Shown: in pieces, positions 57,508 to 64,000 of the stretch
How the letters are laid out: every line of letters begins with the position of its first letter
Numbering within the stretch: the stretch's first letter is position 1
Source of the DNA: Candidatus Kapaibacterium sp.
GTDB taxonomy: Bacteria > Bacteroidota > Ignavibacteria > Kapaibacteriales > UBA2268
DNA: 64,000 nt
Assembly: GCA_963664875.1 (NCBI GenBank)
Contig: OY761611.1
Coordinates: forward strand, 3,680,001 to 3,744,000
Direction of reading: 5' to 3'
Translations under genes and position numbers: made by a program
Notes under the pieces: model-generated
Seen by the model: only the letters and a program-made list of their open reading frames with translations
Databases searched by the model: none
Told to the model about the DNA's origin: nothing

Positions 57508-58662
57508 ATGATAGATAATGATAAACCATTGTGTCCTTTTTGCGAATCCGATACTGTCATCAAACACGGAAAAACCCTAACCGGCAATCCTCGTTTTAGA
57601 TGCAGAACCTGCAAGAAAACATGGGTTATCGAAAAAGCGGAAAATTTCAGACCTGAAATGAATGATATTGCCGAGGCATATCTTAATGGAATGACTTTTC
57701 GCGAGCTTGTCGATGTCTATCATAGCTCGCCACTTAGAATAAATCAAAAAATACGCACATTTTTGCAGGAATGTCCAAAATGGAGCAATTATCTTGACTC
57801 CATAGTCAAACCCGGTGTGGTGAAGGTTGTAGCTGTTTTCGGTAAATCTTTTGCTTGTGCCAGCAAAGATTCTGATAGCAATTCGATGTTTGTTGCTTTT
57901 GCCATAGATGTATTGTCAGGAGTAGTTATCTCTCATGCAGTTGGGAGCAATGATAACGCTGAAGTATGGGAAGAGCTTTTGAAAGATATAAAAAGCAGAA
58001 AATTTACAGTAGAATCTTTTCTTTCAAACGGTACAATGAAAATTACGAAAGCAATTTCAGAGATATTCCCAAAATCAGCAATAAAAATCAATTACGAAAA
58101 GGTTTACCGAGAAAATGAAATAGGCTGCTGCCTAAGTAAAATTCCACAGAGCAATAAACTTTTAGATGATGCCAAGGGAGTATTGGAAAGTATCGAAAAT
58201 CAAAACCTTAATCAATTGGTCGAAGCAAAATTCGGCAAGAATATAATTGAAGTTTTAGAGCTATTGAATGATGATTTTATCAATAGGCTCAAAGATAAAT
58301 TTGATGAAAAGGTCAATCCGAAACACGATAGTTTTACGGTAGCTTTCCGCAAAAGGTTCGAGAAATTTCATATGATAAAAGAAGATCCTCGCCCGCTGGT
58401 CAATGGATGGATTGCACTTTCGATGATGAAACGCCTGACAAACGGATTCAGTCGTCTTGCTTTATATGCACAAAGACCTTATGCAACAAGTTTTTCTCAT
58501 TTTGCAGATAATACCCAGCCCGTGTTATTAAATTTGGACAAAGAAAGTCCTTTGCTCAAAAGCCTCATTGTCGAAATATCGGCTCGTGCATTGCAGCTGC
58601 CAATAGTATATTCGAGATGCGAGATGAAAATAGACAAATGCTCATATCTATCTTCAATTTAA
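57508..58662 (+). CDS. IS1-family transposase-derived protein, apparently catalytically degenerate
   Basis: InsA-type Zn ribbon CPFCES...KHGK...GNPRFRCRTC, HTH segment, RNase H-like segment FAID..SG.VISHAVG; canonical acidic residues not evident. Confidence 0.6.
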   Translation: MIDNDKPLCPFCESDTVIKHGKTLTGNPRFRCRTCKKTWVIEKAENFRPEMNDIAEAYLNGMTFRELVDVYHSSPLRINQKIRTFLQECPKWSNYLDSIVKPGVVKVVAVFGKSFACASKDSDSNSMFVAFAIDVLSGVVISHAVGSNDNAEVWEELLKDIKSRKFTVESFLSNGTMKITKAISEIFPKSAIKINYEKVYRENEIGCCLSKIPQSNKLLDDAKGVLESIENQNLNQLVEAKFGKNIIEVLELLNDDFINRLKDKFDEKVNPKHDSFTVAFRKRFEKFHMIKEDPRPLVNGWIALSMMKRLTNGFSRLALYAQRPYATSFSHFADNTQPVLLNLDKESPLLKSLIVEISARALQLPIVYSRCEMKIDKCSYLSSI

Positions 58663-58670
58663 GCAAATTG

Positions 58671-60614
58671 CTATCTTATCACTGCAATCTTGATGTTTTT
58701 CTTTTTGCCTGCAGAGCTTTCAATGTTTAGGAAATATGCTCCCGGCACTAAGATTGTATTGAAATTCAAAAAGTGATTATAGCTCCGGTTAATAGTGTTT
58801 CCCGATAAAACTACCTGCCCTGCCGAATTAGAAAGGCTGTAAGCAATAGATGCCTTCTCTTTCATAGCGATGCTGATTTCTCCAATTACTCCTGCCTGAG
58901 CGGGATTAGCAAGATAAACCACTATATCTTCATTCGGATATAACTCTATACTGTCTCTTATTCCGGCGCTTTCTTCATAGTAAGAGCCGTTCGGAGTAGT
59001 TACTTTTTCCACAGCTGTAACTGTGTAATAAAATTTGCCGCTTAGCATTTTTTTTTCGAGATAATTGAGCTTGGTTAGTGGTTCTTTGTTTATTTTTATA
59101 CCTGTACTGTTTTCTGAATTGCTCTTATAAATATTATAGTACTCTGCATTTGGGCTGGGATTCCAGTTTATTTCCAATCCGTTTTCTCCTTTCAGCAAAG
59201 AAAGATCTGCAGGCATATCAATATGTCTGAGCTTCAGCGTGGGGTCACCGATAAGGTTGAGGTGCACTCCTTGTAAATAATTGTTATACCAATACTCGTA
59301 TAATGTTTTATTGTTTTGAGCAGCATATATTGCGTCTCCAATAGTATTGCCCAATCCGAGATTGTGTAAAGGTATTTGTGGCCTGTTGGCAAACCAGCTG
59401 CAAAGAATAGACGGTTTGGAAGCTATTGCAGCTCGAAGTAAATTATTTTGAGAGTCCCAATCGCATAGCCATGAACCAAAACAAGAAAGGAAGACAGCAT
59501 CGTAGTCTTGCTTTGCCATGTCAGCGGAGTAAAGAGTAAGAAGAATAGATTCGTAGCCGCCGGAACCACATGCATAAGCCATAGTATAATTGCCACTGCT
59601 CATGCTGTCGCGCATATTTTTTTGTGTGATATTATCTTCTCCAAACAGCGATGCAAATTGATTGTAAATTGTAGTAGCAGGAAATCCACCATAGCTAACA
59701 AATCCATCACTTATAAAAGCACTTGCCTGTGGCTTGTAAAGAGATGTTCTATATCTGATGTTTTTTTCGAAATATCTTTCAAATAATTCGGTTTCTGTTT
59801 CTGCAAAATCCGGAAGATTTCTAAAATCAATTCTCGCTATTATCAATTCACTTTTAGAGGGCAAATAGTAATTGTCAAATTTACCGTCACCCGGAAAATT
59901 ATGTTGTCGCGAAGCAGAGGCACTGTCTGCATCAATTATTTCATCACTCCAATCGCCATCCATCTCAGCAAACCAAATATCAGCAGGGTAGGCTCCAATA
60001 TGGTCATTGTGTCCGTCGGGAGAAAAATTCCCGGAATAGGGAATAGGGACATTACCTATTAAGAGTACGTAGCGGATAGTTGAATCTTTAGCTACAAATG
60101 ATTGGATAGTTTGTTTTATTTCTATATTCTTTTCTTTATCGAATTCGAGACTTGCAGGCATTGTTTGCTCATAAATATTTAAATGCCCGCTTAGCAACAA
60201 ATCTCTGTAAGTCTTATAATTATCGGGCAAATCGGTATTGTCGGCAATTAAAAGCAAAACAGATGTTCTTTCTTTTATTGGTAAATCGAAGCCTACTGAG
60301 ACATAGTTGTAAGTTGATATTTCAGTTTGGTAATTTTCAAACTTGTACTCGTAATGAACACCTTTTGCAATGGAGCTATCCGCAAATCCAACTGCATCAC
60401 CGCTTAGTATAGCAATTGGTTTCCCAAACGAAGAGTCAGTATATACTTTTTTGGAAACAATATATTTCAGGGAGTTTGTATCCTGAGCCCATTCAAAAAC
60501 AAAAGCGGGTGAAGAAGATGAATCTATAGAGAGCTTAATTGGAAAAATATGGTCTTCGTAAGATTCCGCACTTAGAAAGGCTACGGAAACAATAAGTAGT
60601 AAAATATATCTCAT
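58671..60614 (-). CDS. Secreted protein with FN3 domains, peptidase C25-like core and probable T9SS CTD
   Basis: Signal peptide; YVLLIGNVPIPYSG, PADIWFAEMDG, IARIDF, LIGDPTL; C-terminal PGAYFLNI...KIAVIR. Confidence 0.7.
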   Translation of the reverse strand: MRYILLLIVSVAFLSAESYEDHIFPIKLSIDSSSSPAFVFEWAQDTNSLKYIVSKKVYTDSSFGKPIAILSGDAVGFADSSIAKGVHYEYKFENYQTEISTYNYVSVGFDLPIKERTSVLLLIADNTDLPDNYKTYRDLLLSGHLNIYEQTMPASLEFDKEKNIEIKQTIQSFVAKDSTIRYVLLIGNVPIPYSGNFSPDGHNDHIGAYPADIWFAEMDGDWSDEIIDADSASASRQHNFPGDGKFDNYYLPSKSELIIARIDFRNLPDFAETETELFERYFEKNIRYRTSLYKPQASAFISDGFVSYGGFPATTIYNQFASLFGEDNITQKNMRDSMSSGNYTMAYACGSGGYESILLTLYSADMAKQDYDAVFLSCFGSWLCDWDSQNNLLRAAIASKPSILCSWFANRPQIPLHNLGLGNTIGDAIYAAQNNKTLYEYWYNNYLQGVHLNLIGDPTLKLRHIDMPADLSLLKGENGLEINWNPSPNAEYYNIYKSNSENSTGIKINKEPLTKLNYLEKKMLSGKFYYTVTAVEKVTTPNGSYYEESAGIRDSIELYPNEDIVVYLANPAQAGVIGEISIAMKEKASIAYSLSNSAGQVVLSGNTINRSYNHFLNFNTILVPGAYFLNIESSAGKKKNIKIAVIR

Positions 60615-60709
60615 GTTATTGATTGTCCTGAAAATTGCAATATGTCCTTTTAGACAATAACACGAATAAAATACAATTATCCCTTCAAATTACAGAGATT
60701 TTTTTTGAA

Positions 60710-61282
60710 TCAGATAATTTCTATGTCCAGATGAGCTAAAAGCCCATGGAGATTGTAAGATGAAAATTTTGATTTTTTGATATTGTTATCAGCAGGATTG
60801 ATATTGAAATTAAAAGAAGAGGACAAATCGGCTTTGGATAGATTTGTCTGCGAAAAGACAGCACCCTGCAGATTGCAGTTGTCAAAATTAGATTTGCTAA
60901 GATTGGCAGATACAAAATCTACATCATTCATCTCGCAAGAAACAAAAGATGTGCCTTCTATTTCTAATTTATAAAATGAGGACAAGTTGAGTATGCAGTG
61001 GTTGAAACTAAAAGCTAATAAAAAATTATTTACAATCTGAAAGTTGATTCCAAGCATCTTGCAATACTCAAATGTAGTATCCTTCAAAGAAGTGTCATGT
61101 AGCTTTATCATGCTCAGGTTGCAATTCTGAAAAGAGCACTCCCTGAACTCGGTACCGGAGAAGTCCGAATTGGAAAAATTGCAGTCTTTAAAGACACAGC
61201 AGTCAAACTCATGATTTTTGAGATTGACTGCCTGCATATCTATACCTGAAAATTCTTTTTCTATATTGATTTTTTCAATCAT
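60710..61282 (-). CDS. Pentapeptide repeat protein
   Basis: Tandem [C/A][N/D][F/L]xx repeats throughout. Confidence 0.9.
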   Translation of the reverse strand: MIEKINIEKEFSGIDMQAVNLKNHEFDCCVFKDCNFSNSDFSGTEFRECSFQNCNLSMIKLHDTSLKDTTFEYCKMLGINFQIVNNFLLAFSFNHCILNLSSFYKLEIEGTSFVSCEMNDVDFVSANLSKSNFDNCNLQGAVFSQTNLSKADLSSSFNFNINPADNNIKKSKFSSYNLHGLLAHLDIEII

Positions 61283-61744
61283 TTATTCGTTAATCTTTCT
61301 GATGATATTTGTTGTGGATTTGCCTTCGACGAGTGGAATCACTACAACTTCGCCACCATTTTGAGTAACTATATCAGCACCGACTATAGTTTCCGGAGTA
61401 TAATCGCCACCTTTGACTATGATGTCAGGCATTATAGCTGAAACCAATTCAAAGGGTGTATCTTCATCAAAAACGGAAACATAATCCACGAATTTAAGAG
61501 CTGAAAGTATCCCGGCTCTGTCGTTTTCATTATTCACTGGTCGGCTTGGACCTTTGAGTGCAGAGACAGAAGCATCACTATTTAGTCCTATCACAAGAAT
61601 ATCGCCAAGCCTTGCAGCTTTTTCGAGATATGTAACGTGCCCGATATGTAAAATATCGAAGCATCCGTTAGTGAATACAACTTTCTTGCCGTTTGCTTTT
61701 AGCTCTCTGCAAACAGTGCTTAGGGTTTCTCTACTTATCAGCAT
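61283..61744 (-). CDS. rfaE2: D-glycero-beta-D-manno-heptose 1-phosphate adenylyltransferase
   Basis: [38 protein letters not shown]. Confidence 0.93.
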   Translation of the reverse strand: MLISRETLSTVCRELKANGKKVVFTNGCFDILHIGHVTYLEKAARLGDILVIGLNSDASVSALKGPSRPVNNENDRAGILSALKFVDYVSVFDEDTPFELVSAIMPDIIVKGGDYTPETIVGADIVTQNGGEVVVIPLVEGKSTTNIIRKINE

Positions 61745-62735
61745 TTACACCATTTCTTGCAACTGTTTCCAATAATTCGTTTACTTTGATGGACACGATG
61801 CCGGGTTGTTCGCAAACCACACCGGAAGCATAATTAGCAAGAGCAGCAGCTTCTTTTATATTTGCATTTCCTGCGATAGCTGCAGCAAGCGTAGCAATTG
61901 CTGTGTCGCCGGCACCCGAAACATCTGAGACATTCCTTGCACGGGTAGGCACAGAAGAGATATCGCCGTTTTTCTCAAATAGCATCATGCCGTCTTTGCC
62001 GAGTGTTAGTAATATATTTTCACTATCGAGTTTTTCTAAAAGCATTTTACCGGCTTTTTCGACTTCTGCCGGAGTGCTTATGTCGATACTTAGTGCTTCT
62101 TTAGCTTCTTTTCTATTCGGTTTGAAGACAGTAACACCTTTGTATGTAAAGAAGTTTGCAAATTTTGGATCTACAAATACCGGCACTTTAAACTGTTTAG
62201 CTCTTGAGATTACTTCTCTAATCAGCCCGTCTGAAATTGTACCTTTGTTGTAATCTTCAAAGATAATACCGGCAAGTCCTTTGGTTCTGTCGAGCAAGTC
62301 TAAAATAAAGTGCTCGCCTTCGTCAGAAAGCTCATCTCTGACTTCTCTATCGAGGCGGAGAAGTTGTTGGTTATTGCCGAAAACTCTTGTTTTTACGGTA
62401 GTTGGTCTTTCATCGTCGATATAGAGACCCGAAGAATCTAAACCAATTTTTTCGCATATATCGATGAATGATTTACCCGAGTTATCATTGCCAATGACCC
62501 CGCAAAGTAGTGGTTCTAATCCGAGTGATTTCAGATTTTTGGCTACGTTTGCCGCACCGCCAAGGTGGTAAGTTTCACTTTCTACATCTACTACGGGCAC
62601 AGGTGCTTCGGGAGAGATTCTGCTGACACCGCCCCAGAAGTATCTGTCCAGCATTACGTCGCCCACAACAGCAATCTTTTTGTTAGCTGCTCCGGTAATG
62701 ATTTCGTTGGCTCTTTCGCGTGATAGATTTTGCAT
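61731..62735 (-). CDS. rfaE1: D-glycero-beta-D-manno-heptose-7-phosphate kinase
   Basis: [40 protein letters not shown]. Confidence 0.93.
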   Translation of the reverse strand: MQNLSRERANEIITGAANKKIAVVGDVMLDRYFWGGVSRISPEAPVPVVDVESETYHLGGAANVAKNLKSLGLEPLLCGVIGNDNSGKSFIDICEKIGLDSSGLYIDDERPTTVKTRVFGNNQQLLRLDREVRDELSDEGEHFILDLLDRTKGLAGIIFEDYNKGTISDGLIREVISRAKQFKVPVFVDPKFANFFTYKGVTVFKPNRKEAKEALSIDISTPAEVEKAGKMLLEKLDSENILLTLGKDGMMLFEKNGDISSVPTRARNVSDVSGAGDTAIATLAAAIAGNANIKEAAALANYASGVVCEQPGIVSIKVNELLETVARNGVNADK

Positions 62736-63266
62736 AATAAAATATTTCAATAATTAGGAATACTAATACAAAGATACATTATTTTGCTCATAAGAATAAG
62801 TTTTTTCACTCCTCTTAGTTCTTTTTTTTGAAATAAACAGGAATAATCAGGAAAAATCTATATTGAGTGATGAAGTATAGAATGGATGCAATAATGGTGC
62901 GATTTGCTTAAACCCAAATCCCTAATACAAACTTGCGTTTGTGGCAAAAAGGAGCTAACTGTTTGTCTATTTTTTCTTTATAAATATCATTTAGTCGATA
63001 ATATATATATAATACCATAAAAAATAGTCTGTGTATTGCCTATATATTGCATCAGCACTCCCTAATATAGAAATATTTTTCAGTAATGCCTTAATTGGAT
63101 GTGCATCTTACGCTTAAACACTAGATGAGGAGAGGAGATAAAGCGTTCTTTTTTCTTTTTCTTTGGTTTCCGTTTCTTTTTCTTTTTTATCGCAAAAAAA
63201 AGAAAAAGAAATGGAAAAAGTAACACCATTCTCTTATTTATATCACCTGTAAAGGAAAGTCTTGCC

Positions 63267-63350
63267 GCCCTTACAGGGCTCTGTTTACTCAATACTTGCA
63301 ACCGTCCCATGGCGCTGCCATGGGCTATTATCTATCAGCCTTTCAGGCTG
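63267..63350. repeat. REP-like three-hairpin element
   Basis: GCCCT-TAC-AGGGC, CCCATGGC-GCT-GCCATGGG and CAGCCT-TTC-AGGCTG palindromes in an AT-rich intergenic region. Confidence 0.65.
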
Positions 63351-63532
63351 AAAATATATTCTTATTAACCTACATTATTCGACTGCAACGTTTAACCAAT
63401 AAACTCAATATGGATAAAAGATATAATTATCTTCATATCGTTGTCTTTCATTCTAACAACTACTTCCTTACAATTAGTTAGATGGAAAATGTTATTTAAA
63501 AACCTATTTAAGTCGTTATCTTGTTTCTTGGC

Positions 63533-63551
63533 GAGGGGTTAAAACCCCTTG
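63533..63551. repeat. Short REP-like palindrome
   Basis: AGGGGTT-AA-AACCCCT. Confidence 0.4.
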
Positions 63552-63657
63552 TTCAATGATTCAATAAGTAAGTTTTTCTTACATTTACTCATTGAATATT
63601 TCTTCGCAAATAAAGGAAGTTATAAGTATTTTTGAGTTCTAATGACAAATCAAGGTT

Positions 63658-63692
63658 AAAAAAAAGCCCGAGTGACAGCTTGTCAATCGGGC
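63658..63692 (-). terminator. Intrinsic terminator after satP
   Basis: GCCCGA.TGACA...TGTCA.TCGGGC stem with T-run on the minus strand. Confidence 0.7.
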
Positions 63693-63717
63693 AAATGTAA
63701 AGTATTATATTGTCAGA

Positions 63718-64000
63718 TTACTTTTTGATCCAAGCTTTGCCTGATTTGAGCAATTCTTTTCCTGAAAGTTCGTTCAAAATCACAGCTGCCATCATATACC
63801 ATGCATTAAAAGCACAAGCAATAAGTACATAAGCTGCAACCTGATTCATAGCAGGCATACCAAAGTGACCTAAATCGAGCAAAATGAAGCCGGCTAAAAG
63901 CAAAGTGAATGTAGAAGCCATTGCACCATGGATAAACATTGAACCTATCCAAAAAATTACTGTCAATAAAGTCCAGCCAACTAAGTACCAACCAACATCA
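63718..64000 (-). CDS. satP: Acetate uptake transporter (GPR1/FUN34/YaaH family), 5'-truncated by window edge
   Basis: VGWYLVGWTLLTVIFWIGS...FTLLLAGFILLDLGHF...AWYMMAAVILN. Confidence 0.75.
   Translation of the reverse strand, partial: DVGWYLVGWTLLTVIFWIGSMFIHGAMASTFTLLLAGFILLDLGHFGMPAMNQVAAYVLIACAFNAWYMMAAVILNELSGKELLKSGKAWIKK

Noticed and set aside
57400-58670. Active IS1 insertion sequence
   Set aside because: No terminal inverted repeats or target duplication visible and catalytic residues appear replaced; reported as a derived gene instead

Overview
AT-rich bacterial chromosomal window, most consistent with the Bacteroidota/Chlorobiota supergroup (Kapabacteria/Ignavibacteria-like): porU-porV, several type IX secretion (T9SS) C-terminal-domain proteins and AAGGA-type ribosome-binding sites. 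Housekeeping genes include rnr, ribE, an NFACT/RqcH gene, an S41 protease, purF, pdxB, panB, maeB, ftsY, mutS, mtgA, cydAB, rfaE1/rfaE2 and a partial satP. Four accessory elements stand out. (1) A translationally coupled cassette array at 16.6-21.7 kb (minus strand) has an inverted satellite at 9.2-10.9 kb. A repeated leader (ATG-[A/C]AA-AAT-AAA-CAC-AAA..., encoding MxNKHKK(L/I)VIMLLLALLQTSSLLA) overlaps the end of almost every gene and is fused to short variable tails; two tails resemble toxin C-termini (GH24-lysozyme-like and HExxH-like) and are followed by variable exported immunity-like genes, one Tai4-like. This looks like a repeat-delimited orphan-immunity array. (2) A DUF3969-like cluster at 27.3-28.8 kb. 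(3) A tandemly duplicated pair of a 12-Cys secreted protein and a T9SS cargo protein with a nearly identical structured 154-bp leader (28.8-33.5 kb). (4) An IS1-transposase-derived gene that seems catalytically dead and lacks IS ends (57.5-58.7 kb). A MITE and REP-like palindromes are also present. No rRNA, tRNA or CRISPR array was seen. Family assignments are by eye from motifs; no database search was run.
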